The translations under genes were made by a program, and so were the position numbers. The notes beneath the pieces were generated by a model. That model was not told where the DNA came from. It ran no database searches and worked only from the letters and a program-made list of their open reading frames with translations. This document shows positions 21,032-33,818 of a DNA stretch of 64,000 bases, piece after piece. The first letter of the stretch is position 1. Each line of letters opens with the position of its first letter. The DNA comes from Epithemia pelagica (lineage: Eukaryota; Protista; Bacillariophyta). The stretch covers positions 3,782,001-3,846,000 of the forward strand of contig OX337230.1 in the NCBI GenBank assembly GCA_946965045.2, given 5' to 3'.

Positions 21032-21069
21032 GATTAACAGTCTCATCGTTTATTTCCGAGAAGCTTTCG

Positions 21070-21825
21070 ATGTCTCACGACGATTCCAACCTCTCTATTC
21101 GACACATCTTTCATTCCTTCCAACAAAGCGGGGAGGAACTCCATCCACCCGTGGCCCATCCGGGCGAGCCCTTGGTTGAAACTCCGAAACAGACCCCGAC
21201 TCAGGCCAGTGCTCCGAATCCCTTCCAGACCCCGGACCAAGTGGTCCAGCCTCCTTTGATCCCGACTCAACCTTCGACTCCGCCTCGCCGTTTGAACCCT
21301 ACTCGCACCCGACGTACGAGCCGTCTTCTTACTGCGCATATCCGACACTTCCGCGAGCCGACTGAGTCGACTACCGACCCCGACGTGATCCGTTCCACAA
21401 CCGAACGCGAGATCGATTTCCAGTCCGTCCAACCCGTGACTGACCTTGAGGACATCCAACGACTTCTCGACCTCTTGAACCAGTGCTCGAGACGCCGTTT
21501 CATTGTCCAAGCCTTGTTGGGCAACCCTGTGGAACCCATCCGTATTCGATTCATCTCCTTTGAACGTCCAACCAACTACTTCCACACCATCTGGATCGTC
21601 AACTCGACGACGAATCCGCTACCTACCCCGACTACTCGTCTCGACGAGTACGTCTCCTTTGTTCACGAGATCCATCTCTGCCAGGATTTCCGTGCGACTA
21701 TCTACCCTCTCTTCACTCAACACGTGAACCACTTGTTGGAAGACGACGACGTTGAAGAACTAGCCACTACAGTGACCGATTCCGCATCTCGTCTTCAGTA
21801 CCGAGCCGAAAGTGACCAAGAATAA
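21070..21825 (+). CDS. Extra ORF between the 5' LTR and gag (about 251 aa, P/T-rich N-half)
   Basis: Intact sense-strand ORF inside the element; no recognised domain. Confidence 0.55.
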   Translation: MSHDDSNLSIRHIFHSFQQSGEELHPPVAHPGEPLVETPKQTPTQASAPNPFQTPDQVVQPPLIPTQPSTPPRRLNPTRTRRTSRLLTAHIRHFREPTESTTDPDVIRSTTEREIDFQSVQPVTDLEDIQRLLDLLNQCSRRRFIVQALLGNPVEPIRIRFISFERPTNYFHTIWIVNSTTNPLPTPTTRLDEYVSFVHEIHLCQDFRATIYPLFTQHVNHLLEDDDVEELATTVTDSASRLQYRAESDQE

Positions 21826-22139
21826 GTAATTTTACGTAGTTTCTACACCAAACCAGACACAAGACCGAGTTCCGCACATCCGGGTACCCTTGGTCGCACA
21901 ACACGCCACACATTCCCGCCAAATCGCGAAAATTCGGCGAAAATTTGTTGAAACTCGGCGAAATTTTGTCGGAATCAACGGAAATTTCCAGGAGTCGCAC
22001 ATCACAACACACATCCGGGTATCACATACGTGGTACATACGTGGCACACGTGGTACATCCGGGTTCACATCACATCACACATTAAATAAACCACATCACA
22101 CCGCACATTAAATAAACATCGAACCAACCAAATAACATC

Positions 22140-25100
22140 ATGGAAGCGACACCTCCCAAGACACCGTTTACTCCTCCTGAGGACAAGCCAAGTCATATAA
22201 CCAACCAAGATCTCTTCGACCATATAACTAAAGGCATCTTTGGTTGTAATGATGAACGAGCCTAATCACTTCAAAAGTGGATGCGACATCATGGTTTTGA
22301 ACATATCCTTCATGTCCTCGACCATGTTGCAACTGATCCCGAGGAGACACTCAAGGATCTCATACAATACAAGGTTGGAAAACAAGTCAACGACCTACAG
22401 ACAAGTACAAGATTACAACTCAAACTAATGGCATATTGGTTACTACAACAACGGCAACTCCAACATGGAAAACTACCCCGTGCTACATGGATGAACCTCA
22501 CGAGGGACCAATATGACGATTGGAGGATCAACACCGACTTTACCAAGTCTGGTATGAACCAAGACCCAGTTTCTCCTCTGAAATCACCTGCACACTCCGT
22601 ATCATCCCGATCTCCCACTACATCCTCCACAACATCTCAATCCATGTTAGATCTCTCTGCTTCCAAGAAAGGAACCAAAAGAGATGCAACAGCATTTGAA
22701 TCATTCAAAGACGAACGATACTTTGATTCGTTTTGGCGTGTATTCAAATCAACTGCGAAAGCACAAGGATTGTCGAATGTTCTTGATTTCGATTACAAGG
22801 TACCCAAGGATGACGAATGCGCAGAGTTACTCTTCCGAGAACAACAAGTCTTTGTCTACTCTGTACTTGTACGTATTATCCAAACCGACCAAGGAAGAGC
22901 ATATGTTCGAGAACATGAACATGATGAAGATGCAAGAGCCGTCTTGAAGAAACTCCATGTTCTACACACTGAATCTGATCTAGCTAAGCGAGAAGTGTTA
23001 CGCCTAACAAGCTACATTTCGAATCTTCGACTGGATGACCCTTGGCGTGGTACAACTCGTCAGTCTCTCCTACATTTTCAAGAACAGCTACGACTTCTGG
23101 ATAACCTTGTACCACTGTCGGATCGTATCCATGACCATACAAGGATGACCTTCCTTATGCAAGCTGTTGAAAAGGTACCTGATTTAAGACGAGTCAAGAT
23201 CTTGGATAACGTTGTCAACACGAAATCTGGAGCCAAGTCTCTCTGTTATCAATCATATTTCCGCCTGCTTCTTGATGCTGCTTTTGACCATGACCAAGCT
23301 ACCCGAACTTCTGCATCTAACCGCCGTCGTCATGTAAAGCAACATGAATTTCAGTTGGATGAACCTTTTGAACCAGTGGAGCCCCCTGACTACCAGATCA
23401 ACAACACGAATATCCAATCCGAAAAGTCCCCAACTTCGTCGAAAATCAGCCTTCCAAGAGATGTATGGTTTAAAATCTCTGAAGAGGATCGGCAAATCAT
23501 TGTCGACTTCAATAAATCCGTCCAAGATTCCCCGACAACTCCACGCAAGGTCCAAACACATTCTCTTGACATTGATCCTGAACCGGACCCTGATCCTGAT
23601 ACCAACAACATTGGTGATACCCATCAAGATGCACCAGAACAAGATCCATTCGATACATCCTCTGATCCGGTTACCCAGTTTGTACACCAGGCTATTGCAT
23701 CGACAGATATCAATCATCCAGCATCCGACCTCAGCAACATCTTGTCAACTTCTACGACAAAGTCAAGTCCTAAAGTCAAGTTCAAGGCTTCTGCTGATCA
23801 CAAGCAAAAGGTTCATATGTCACGATATCTATTCTCCCGCAAATCCACCTTTTCTGGTAATCAACTCATCGATCGAGGTGCCAATGGAGGCCTTGCAGGA
23901 TCTGACATGCGTATCCTTGCCAAAACCGGACGTCATATTACCATCGTAGGTATTGACAATCATGAATTGACTGGCCTTCCAGTTGTTACCTGTGCTGCCA
24001 AGTTTGATACAAGTGATGGACCCATTATTGGTATCTTCAATGAATATGTCCACTATGGAAAGGGTTTATCTATCCAGTCCCAGCGCAATTTGAACATTTC
24101 GGCCTATCTGTCGACGAACGATCCGTCAAGGTTGATGGCAAACAACGCATTACTACCCTTGATGGACGCGCATTGCCCTTACGAATCAAGGATGGCCTTG
24201 CATACATTCAATCTCTGGGAATCCCTTCTGATGACGATATGGATAAATATCCACATATTGTGTTCACTTCACCCCATATCTGGGATCCTTCTGTACTTGA
24301 CCATACCCATCCAGACCCCCATCAAGACCCTGCACCGAACTGGACATCTGTGGAGACTGATGGTAGTATGGAAACGTACCCCTATGACCAATATGGGGAG
24401 TATACAGATCGCGTTGTATGCACTTTGAATCTCCTCCTTGATCTCCCATATGATCATGGCCCCGATACACCTTCCTTCTTTTCCATCTATGCTGATCAAG
24501 ATGGCAACGACCCCACACTTCATGCGTCTGTCCACAAACTCTACAAGGAACAATACGACTGGAAGAAATTTCGCCCTTTCTTTGGGTGGCAATCGGAAGA
24601 CGTAATCGCCGATACGTTCAAGCATACAACTCGTCATGGACACATTTCCTTTGACCAGGATACCTTGAAGAAACACTTTAAGGCCCGGAATCCTATCCTT
24701 AACCTACCACGACGGCATGAACCCGTTGCCACTGACTCCATCTTCTCCGACACCCCGGCTGTTAACCATGGTGGCAAGATTGCTCAGATTTTTGTTGGTC
24801 GTGATACTTTGGTTACTGACATTTATGGTATCAAGTCTACCAAGCAATTCGTCAATACCCTCCAGGATAACATTCGTACACGTGGTGTCATGGAGACTTT
24901 GATCAGTGATGGTGGTTCGTCACTTATTTCCCACAAGGTCAAGGATATTCTTCGCACCCTTCTGATTGGTGAATACCGTTCCGAGCCCTATCATCAACAC
25001 CAGAACAAAGCTGAGAACCGCTACCAGACCGTTAAGCGTATGACCAATGCTATCATGAATGCCTCCGGTTGCCCTGCTTCTGCATGGTTACTTTGTTTAG

Positions 25101-27820
25101 AATATGTGTGTGACCTCCTCAATCACACTTCCTCTCCCACCCACTCTGGCCGCACCCCTCTTGAGGCTCTTACCGGTACCCCACCCGACATTACCCATCT
25201 CCTTTTCTTTCCTTTCTGGGATGAGGTCTACTATCGTGTCAACCCTTCTGAACCTACCTCCGGTTCTTACCCTTCGTCTCCCGACGAGAAGATTGGCCAC
25301 TGGGTTGGTTTTGCCCACAATGTTGGTGATGCCTTTACTTGGAAGATCCTCACTGCCGACAACGTCATCATCTACCGTTCCGCTGTCCGTCGCGTTGCCT
25401 CCACTACCCCCAACCTTCGTGTGGATATCTCTTCAGGGGAGGAGTCGCCGCATAAACCCACTGACAAGCAAGGTGACACTGTCTTTATTCGCAGCAGAAG
25501 TGAAGACCCATCCACACCTATGCCAACAATTGACTACGACGATTTAGTTGGACGCACATTCCTTTGTGACACTGAAGAGAATGGGGAGCGCCACCGAGCA
25601 CGAGTAATCAAACGAGTTGTCGACCTGGAACAAGATGCAACCAAACAAGAAGATCGACTCAAATATATCTTTTGCAAGTCTAACTCCAATGTTGATGAGA
25701 TGATCTCCTACAACCAGCTCATGGAATACATTGAAAGAGATAATCAAGCCCAAACGACAGGGGATAGTCTCTTTCGATTCAGAGACGTTATTGCACACCA
25801 AGGACCTTTGAACTCAAGCGACCCAGACTATAAAGGGAGTAAATATAATGTCCTTGTTGATTGGGAGACTGGGGAGACGACATACGAACCTCTATCTCTT
25901 ATTGCAAATGATGACCCCATCACAGTCGCCATCTATGCCAAGAAAAATGGTTTGCTGGATCTACCTGGATGGAAACATCTCAAGCGATACGTCAAGACAA
26001 GCAAAAGACTCATTCGAGCAGCTAAACAATCCAGGATCAAACAAGTTCGTCGCTCTATCAAGTACAAGTTTGGTTTTCAAGTACCTCGCACCTATGAAGA
26101 AGCAGTGGAACTAGACAAGCAATTTGGGAACACGAAATGGCAAGACGCAACAGAATTGGAACTCTCACAGATCCAATCGTATAACACTTTCAAGGACCAT
26201 GGAAAAGCCAAGTTCATTAATGGGAAATTGGCCAATGCACCAGAAGGATATCATAAGATAAGAGTACATCTGGTCTTTGATGTCAAGCATGACGGAAGGC
26301 ACAAGGCACGACTTGTCGCAGATGGACATCTCACCAAGGAACCCGTTGAGACCATCTATTCAGGGGTTGTCTCCATTTGCAACCTTCGCATTGCCATATT
26401 TCTTGGAACCATGAACGACATGGAAATATGGGGAGCAGATATTGGGAACGCATACCTAGAAGCATTGACAGGAGAGAAGATTTTCATCATCGCAGGACCA
26501 GAGTTCAAGGAGTTAGAAGGACATATCTTGATCATCTACAAGGCATTATATGGTCTCAAATCCTCAGGTGCTCGCTGGCATGACAAACTGTTTGATGTTC
26601 TCATTGATATGGGATTTTCTCCAAGCAAGGCTGACCCTGATATCTGGATGAAGAAGGCTCCTGGAGAAGACTGTTATGAATATATCGCTGTATATGTTGA
26701 TGACTTAGCTATCGTTGCCATGGACCCTGAAGCTGTCTGCAAGATCTTTACAGACAAATACAACTTCAAACTCAAAGGAGTCGGACCTATCGAGTATCAT
26801 TTGGGGTGTCGTTATACCACAGATCCAGACGGTACACTTGTGTCTGACCCACGAAGGTACATCGAGAAGATGATGGATACCTATGAGCGATTGTTCAATG
26901 AGAAACCCAAGAAAGCAAAGCCGCCAGTCATTGCTAACGATCATCCTGAACTCGATGACTCTGAGCTCTTAGATGAAGAAGGGACCCAGCATTTCCAGAC
27001 TCTTATTGGACAACTGCAATGGCTAATTACCATTGGCCGTTTTGATGTCTTTCCTGCTACCATGACTCTATCAAGGTTCAGAGCTGCTCCAAGGATTGGT
27101 CATTTGAAGCGAGCTAAACGCATCTATGGATACCTCATGTCATTTCCTGATGGGTCTATCAGATTCCGCACTGGGGAGCCAGATTTATCAGCTTTACCTA
27201 TCCAAGAATACGATTGGAGTCGTACCGTATACATGGACGCCAAGGAACGTATCCCTGAGGACTGTCCAACCCCACTTGGGCGTTTTGTGACAACTATACA
27301 TTATGTCGACGCAAATCTCATGCATGATATGGTTACTGGGAAAGCAGTTACAGCCATCCTGCATTTTGTAAATGGTACACCCGTGGACTGGTACAGTAAG
27401 CGACAAGCCACAGTGGAAACAGCCACGTATGGATCTGAATTTGTTGCCGCAAGGACTGCAGTTGATCAGATCACCGAGCTACGCCTTACACTCCGATACT
27501 TGGGAGTCCCTCTGCGAGAGAAGAGTTACATGTTTGGAGATAACCGCTCTGTTGTTATCAATAGCACCACACCACACTCAATCATCTCCAAGAGGCACCA
27601 TCTCCTATCCTATCACCGAGTCCGTGAAGCTATCGCTGCAAAGTACGTCGCATTCTACTGGAAAGATGGAAAGACAAACCCAGCTGATATCCTCAGCAAA
27701 CATTGGGAATTCGCCGCAGTTTGGCCCATGCTCAGATCTTTGTTATTCTGGAGAGGAAAAATCCAGGAAAGTGATGAGGGAATTGACAATCCTCATTCGA
27801 CAAATTGTGGGGAGTGTTAG
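22140..27820 (+). pseudogene. gag-pol polyprotein with a nonsense codon (TAA 22263-22265) and a 1-bp frameshift near 24080
   Basis: CoDi gag (KKGTKRDATAF...), protease LIDRGANGG, integrase ATDSIF/ISDGG/QNKAE, RT YIAVYVDDL, RNase H VDANL/GSEF/FGDN/NPADIL. Restoring one C at 24078-24081 gives SIQSPAQFEHFG and joins the two track ORFs. Confidence 0.88.
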
Positions 27821-28572
27821 GATTCTCACCGAAAACTAGGTGGCGAAACCTACAACTCATCGAATGATGCTAGTATTTTATGGCATCCGATGACATTTTC
27901 CTAAAAATGAGAAAAGAATGTCGGCATGCTCGCGAAACTATAAATTTGGCCACGGCATGCTCGCAGTGCACGCGTTATCGGCGACCGCTCGGATATTAAC
28001 TATGGCCCAACACGTGCGCGCCCAAAACTATCAAGTGCGCGCCTCTACTATCCGAGTACGCGCATCCACGATTCGACCTAACGGTCTATGTAATCAAAGC
28101 ACGAATCACGATCACGCGAGACCATATCTCTGTTCCCACAAATCCAAGAATGCAAACAGCAACGCGCCCAGGACAAGACTTATACCACGACAAAGCAAGA
28201 GCTGTTGCATCCCATACATGTTATCCATCACCCTATACATTCAATACACACCAATGCCGGTCTACTCCAACCAGTGAGGACCTATCACACCAGATCCATG
28301 GCCGTATACAAGAGCCAGGACTTCGACACCATCAACCACCTTAGTTAGTAATCGTCTCACAATCATTAATATCACCATTTTAACACTCATCTTAAGACTT
28401 ACCTCTTATCAGTGGACCGACTGCCCCCACCCACGGCGGACTTCGACTTGCAACTCTTCTCTGACCCGTGGAGGATTGTTGTATCGGTTGGTGATTCGAT
28501 TGTCGGCTCAGCGAGCCTTTTACCTATCCTACCTATCTGTCTAACCCCTGTTGAATTGAGAGAAGTTTATCA
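27815..28572 (+). repeat. 3' LTR, 758 bp
   Basis: Starts TGTTAG immediately after the PPT and ends TTTATCA. Its last 106 bp match the 5' remnant. Confidence 0.88.
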
Positions 28573-29083
28573 GAGGGTGTGCAATAAGATTGGCAGGTAC
28601 GCCAACGGAAGGCGGAAAGCAATTCATTCTTTGAATCATTTCAGAGATGCTCCCCATTAGCTTTTCTGCAGTTGATTTGGTTTCCGTTTCCGAGGAAGGT
28701 CTCACAGACGCGACCAGGATGGAAGCAATGTGAGGCGCTGCCAAAGGTGCCGACATTTGTTTGGCAAAGCTTGTCGCAAAATCAAGACTTCCTTCTGCCT
28801 CAATCATGAAGGCACGGTCGGGTCGATGGGCGTAGTCTCCACGTAATAAATACATTCCGGATGTAGTTTTTCCGCAGCCGGAGACTCCGTAACAAACAGT
28901 TGTTTGACCAGGGAACTCGTGGAAGGCACTTTTGAGAAACGCCTTGACGTTACGGCTCCGGACAATCTCCTTCCGATCAGGGACCTTACCGAATATCCGC
29001 CGCGACTTGGACGCATCCTCCAGATATCTGTATAGTGATAACCATCTTGTTGGGCCCTCGACATTTTGAAGGAACCATTCCAT
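28573..29083 (-). pseudogene. P-loop NTPase gene, 5' part, cut off by the retrotransposon
   Basis: Walker A GVSGCGKT after a hydrophobic strand (TTVCY). The reading frame runs directly into the LTR end at 28572. Confidence 0.6.
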
Positions 29084-29577
29084 CCTTCTTGAAGAGAAAA
29101 AGGGTAACCTCTCTCTCGTTATTGCTGCTTATTGTTGCTTCTGCTCGTGTCGTCACCACAGAGTAACTGCGACCGGAAGAGGTCGCGGATTAAATGCGTG
29201 CCTTCTGTTCCACAGCGAGAGAGAAAAGTGAACTCCAAAATCTGTGCCCTTGTGGTTGTGGTATCGTGAGAACGTCTTGGCAATCTATCGATCTATATTA
29301 TAACATATTATAGACATCCTGTGGCATCATTGTGCTTGACACAAACAAGTTCGTCCTCCTATGTTGGCTGTGGTTGACGTTGAACCACTCTTGTTGTTGT
29401 TCTTGTTTTTCTTGTAGTGGTGGTGCCATTTCCTTTGGTGGCACCGCAACAACAACAACCCGACGGCCCCCCTTGAAAAGAAGAAGAAGGAATGACAAAG
29501 TGCGGTGTCGTACGAATCAACAACAACCAGACAGGGATCCGGGGAATCAGCGACAGTTTCGTTCCGTCATCATCTTC

Positions 29578-32487
29578 ATGTCGTCGTCCCACCAGAATAT
29601 GATGCCATCTCCCAACAACAACAACAACCAGAACGACGACGAGGAACAACCAAAGCGACGACAAGCTGCAAATGATGATGATGATGATGATGATGGTGAA
29701 CCTGTGACGAAACGACCACGAATCACTACTGGAAATCATAATGGTAAACCAAAAACACAACAACAAGCCACTTTGACGTCCTTTTTTCAATCCAAGAAAC
29801 CACCAAAACCAAAGCAACCACCACAACAACAAGACGCCAAATCGAGCACCACCACCACCAAGTCTGAAAGTACTACAACATCCTCCATTCCACCAGACGA
29901 ACCAGAATCGAAACCAGGCAACAACAACAAGAAGGAGTCCACACAACCACCACCAATCATTTCCTCTATGACAACACCCACCAGTGACACGACGGCACCA
30001 TTGTCGTCGTCGTCGTCTTTGTCTTTCTCCAACTCACCCTTGGTACCACCTCCCTTGGTGACTCCCGTACCCGATCCGATTGTCCCCACAATTGTATCAC
30101 CCAATCCTCGAGTGGAATGGAAGTCCTTGCACGATTCTCATGTCTTGGTACGCATTGACCGGTCGTCGTCCTCCTCCTCAACCACCAGTGGTTGCAACAA
30201 GAATAAATTGGCCGCCTTGGATTTGGATGGAACCTTGGTGATTTGGGCGAGTTCCTTTTCGGGATTTTGGCCCAATCAATTGACCCATTACAATCTGTGG
30301 TCGTCGACGGTCATTCCGCAATTGCGGGCCTTGGTCGATGACCATGGCTACCAATTGCTCATTGTATCCAATCAAGGAGGCATTCAATCGGCCCATTCCG
30401 GCAAAAAGGCCACCTTGGTCAAACATGTGATTAATTATTTGGCGCATGAGCTCCAACGACCCTTGCAAGCCGTTGTGTCCACCAAGAGTCCCAAACGATA
30501 TGCCGCCACATCCTTTCACAAACCGTCCCCCAAACTCTGGAAGGTGGCCCTGGAATCGTCGGGCTTGATTCCACCGACCAACAAGAAGGAGCAGAAGTGG
30601 AATTGGGCCGAGAGTTTTTTTGTGGGCGATTCGGCCGACCCGAACGACGATCAAGGCGGGGTCGATGCCAAATTTGCTCAAGCCGTCTCCCACGAGTATT
30701 TATCAAAGGAAGGAGTGACCTTGCAATTCTTTACTCCCACACAATTGTTTGGTCCCAGTGATGAGGAACGGCGATCTCCGACGGTGACAGGACTCACGAG
30801 TGTTGATCCCGTGCCACCCGTCGCCTGCCAAACTCGTGCGGCCTTGTTGGGAGGATACCTGTCGGGGCCCCTCCTCTTGCTCTTGTGCGGTGTCCAAGGG
30901 AGTGGCAAATCCACCGTTTGTTATCAATTGGTGGAGGCAACCAAACAAAATCCAAAGGATTTAACCCAATGGGTGCACTTGAGTCAAGATACCATCAACA
31001 ATGGCAAACCTGGCAAACGAGAAACGGTCGAGGCTCGGACCCGACACGCCTTGGAACAAGGCTTGTGTGTCGTGGTGGATCGCATGCATTTGGATGCCAC
31101 ACAACGACAGTATTTTGTCGCCGTGGCCGAGTCCCTCGACATTCCCGTTCATGTCCTGGCATTGACGCCGCCGCAATCCGTCGTGGTACATCGGGTCCGA
31201 CATCGAACCAATCATCCGGGCAAGGTCCAAGGACCGAGCGGAGTCAAATCGACCCTGCAATCCTTGCGTCACTTGGTTCTACCCACGTATGCGCAGGAAC
31301 CAGGCTTGACCTTGATTCATGTGGCCAGCACTCCCCGGCAAGTGTCGCAGCTGGTCGACGTGTATCGTAACGTGCGAGCATTGTCCTCATCCGACACTCC
31401 AAATACAAACAACCCGAATTTCGGTAGCAATAATACCAACCGACGCACCCTGGCGACACGAATTCCCTTGGCATCGACAGAGGCCGGGGACGATGACCAT
31501 GACAAAAACAACCACAACGACGACGACGACAAAAACGAGCAAACGTTGACTCTACCGATTCTAACCTTGGGAACCATGGGCATTGGAAAAAAGAAGACGG
31601 CAGACGCAATTCGCGAGGCGATTGCGGCAGAATTTCAGGCCATTGATACGGCACCCACGTACAAGAATGAAGAACAGGTCGGCGAAGCGCTCTCCCAACT
31701 CGACCCGATTCATGAAAATGTCTTTTGTATTGCCAAGATTCCCAAATCCGTCACGCAACCCGAACAAGTGGCCGTAGAACTGGACGCTACCTTGACGAAA
31801 TTGCAACGATCATCGGTTCATCTCTTGTTGTTGCATTGGCCCTGTGATGTCATGGCGGCGGATACCTTGTCCGCCGTCTGGAAGGCCATGGAAGCATGTG
31901 TCCAGCAAGGCAAATGCCGAGCCTTGGGAGTGTGCAATTTCAATGGTGCAGCCTTGACGACCTTGCTCGCGTCGTGTACGATACGGCCCGTGGTCAATCA
32001 AGTTGAACGGCATCCTCTGTTGCCGCAATGGGACTTGATGGATGTGTGTGCCCGTCACAATATTGTTTTGCAAGCTCATACACCCTTGGGACAAGGCCGC
32101 GACGAATTGCTCGCTCATCCCGTGATTGTCGACCTGGCGACCCAGCATGGCAACAACAACAATGGCAATCCGCTGTCGCCGGCGCAAGTGGTACTCTTGT
32201 GGAACCTTCAACAGGGATGTGCCGTCGTACCCAAATGCAGTAGTCCCCAACACTTGAGGGAATTGACTCGAGTCATATACGGCAACGACAAGCAACAGAA
32301 AGAGTTTGTTGGGTGCTTGTCTCCCGCTGAGATGAAACGGTTGGATTCCTTGACCATGACGACGGCATCCGACAGCGACGCCACACTGGCGTCAACAACG
32401 ACCACACGATTTGTGGCTCCTCCCTTCATGTATGGGACACAATCCTTTTGTTGGGGAACCCGCATGCCTCGTCGTCGCAGCAAGTGA
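29578..32487 (+). CDS. Polynucleotide kinase 3'-phosphatase (PNKP-like) fused to a C-terminal aldo-keto reductase; N-terminal PIP box
   Basis: HAD motifs DLDGTL, SNQGG, FHKPSP, FVGD; kinase Walker A GVQGSGKS; AKR DTAPTY, AKIP, LLHWP, LGVCNF, NQVERHP; QATLTSFF at 29764-29787. Start placed at ATG 29578 (track ORF opens at 29332). Confidence 0.85.
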   Translation: MSSSHQNMMPSPNNNNNQNDDEEQPKRRQAANDDDDDDDGEPVTKRPRITTGNHNGKPKTQQQATLTSFFQSKKPPKPKQPPQQQDAKSSTTTTKSESTTTSSIPPDEPESKPGNNNKKESTQPPPIISSMTTPTSDTTAPLSSSSSLSFSNSPLVPPPLVTPVPDPIVPTIVSPNPRVEWKSLHDSHVLVRIDRSSSSSSTTSGCNKNKLAALDLDGTLVIWASSFSGFWPNQLTHYNLWSSTVIPQLRALVDDHGYQLLIVSNQGGIQSAHSGKKATLVKHVINYLAHELQRPLQAVVSTKSPKRYAATSFHKPSPKLWKVALESSGLIPPTNKKEQKWNWAESFFVGDSADPNDDQGGVDAKFAQAVSHEYLSKEGVTLQFFTPTQLFGPSDEERRSPTVTGLTSVDPVPPVACQTRAALLGGYLSGPLLLLLCGVQGSGKSTVCYQLVEATKQNPKDLTQWVHLSQDTINNGKPGKRETVEARTRHALEQGLCVVVDRMHLDATQRQYFVAVAESLDIPVHVLALTPPQSVVVHRVRHRTNHPGKVQGPSGVKSTLQSLRHLVLPTYAQEPGLTLIHVASTPRQVSQLVDVYRNVRALSSSDTPNTNNPNFGSNNTNRRTLATRIPLASTEAGDDDHDKNNHNDDDDKNEQTLTLPILTLGTMGIGKKKTADAIREAIAAEFQAIDTAPTYKNEEQVGEALSQLDPIHENVFCIAKIPKSVTQPEQVAVELDATLTKLQRSSVHLLLLHWPCDVMAADTLSAVWKAMEACVQQGKCRALGVCNFNGAALTTLLASCTIRPVVNQVERHPLLPQWDLMDVCARHNIVLQAHTPLGQGRDELLAHPVIVDLATQHGNNNNGNPLSPAQVVLLWNLQQGCAVVPKCSSPQHLRELTRVIYGNDKQQKEFVGCLSPAEMKRLDSLTMTTASDSDATLASTTTTRFVAPPFMYGTQSFCWGTRMPRRRSK

Positions 32488-32952
32488 CATGCAATCGTGG
32501 GTTTTGGAAAGCCAATGGACCGTATTAGAATCGTTTTCGTCCATGGATGGAGGTTTCACCAATAGCATGAGAAGGGAGATTTGGTCGACACAACAAAACA
32601 TTAGTGCGTTGATACATGTGTGTGTGCACAAACAGGTTGCACCCACATCCCAGCCTTGGTACAAAAAAAGAGGCAGGGAATCTCGTTTGCCCATCTTTTG
32701 GAGAAAACAAAGAGTGGCACTCTTGAGATCACCCAAACTATGAGAAAACTTGTTCTTCTATAGATTGTGGATACTCTTTGGAGTCGTCGTCGTCCTGGCG
32801 CTACTATACTAGATTGGCATCCTCATCCGCAGAGTCTCCTCTCTAGGAGGACATGCTGCTATACTATAGGAGCACACATCCAATGACTTGTATCGCAAAC
32901 GACTGCATGCCATACACAAGGCTCTCTGGTCTCATCATCTCTCTCTCTCCTA

Positions 32953-33150
32953 TCAGGAAACCAAAGGCACTCCCAACCCAGCCGGTGGAGCGGGAATTGG
33001 ATCTGCTCCAGCCGCGTTCGGTGTCGCGGCTGTCTTCTTTTTTGCCGTGTAAAGGTCCGAGGGTGCAACCTTCTTGCGCTTGTTGTCTCCCAAGACTGTT
33101 TTGGACATTAATATGCCATCACAAACTGTTGCTGCAACGGCAAAGACAGG
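32953..33150 (-). pseudogene. 5' fragment paralogous to the start of the 34055-35104 ORF
   Basis: VFAVAATVCD...KKVAPSDLYTAKKKTAAATPN matches VFAVAATVCD...KKVAPSDLGTANKKTAAATPN. Confidence 0.6.
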
Positions 33151-33344
33151 TTCCCTGGTGTGTTGTTGCTCCAACACTCGTTGGGATTTTGGAGTAACCT
33201 TATAGCTGTTTGACGAAAGCCATGCGACCATTTAGCTGGGCTAGAAGAGTCATGTATGTGGTCGCACCGAGTTTTGAATCGTCGTCATTGTGACGAAGGA
33301 TGACGCAAGATAGAACTCCCTCTCGAGTCATGATACCTGATGCT

Positions 33345-33818
33345 TCAGACGCTGTCGAGCATTGTGGAAAACCCTGCCAACATTGGTCGAGGATGGATTG
33401 GTTGTGCGGTACGAGAAGCACCTTGGACGTGCGGCTTTTTGTCCATTCCACTGCAGTTGAAATGCAAACGGAATTCCCAGACTATTATCCCACGACAGAC
33501 ATGGCTCGAATTCCAGCAGCTCTTTTGGGTGCTTTGTTTGCATGCTACTTGACCCATCCCTTTGACACTGTGAAGACATGCATGCAAGGCGACATTGAAC
33601 GAAAAACCTACGGAACATTCTCGCAGACGATTTGGAATCAACATGGATTGGGTGGCTTTTATCGAGGATCCACCTTTCGCAATGCGCGACAAGTACGTGC
33701 CGTTTTTATTATGGAACTGATGCAAGAAAAGGTTGGTATGCTGTTGTATCCATCGGCATATGGTGAGATGAAACTGACGACTCGGCCAACAACGTTGTCC
33801 CACACACATGGGCTATAG
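33345..33818 (+). pseudogene. Mitochondrial carrier (SLC25) C-terminal fragment
   Basis: THPFDTVKTCMQGD carrier signature and GLGGFYRG. No N-terminal repeats, and the upstream part is in another frame. Confidence 0.7.

Larger units (their letters stand above)
20926..28572 (+). mobile_element. Ty1/copia LTR retrotransposon (diatom CoDi-type), defective
   Basis: gag-PR-IN-RT-RNaseH domain order; PPT GGGGAG at 27809-27814; 3' LTR TG...CA; 5' LTR remnant. Confidence 0.93.

Noticed and set aside
24072-24090. Programmed ribosomal frameshift between protease and integrase
   Set aside because: No canonical slippery heptamer. A lost C in a short C-run plus a separate nonsense codon fits decay or sequencing error better.
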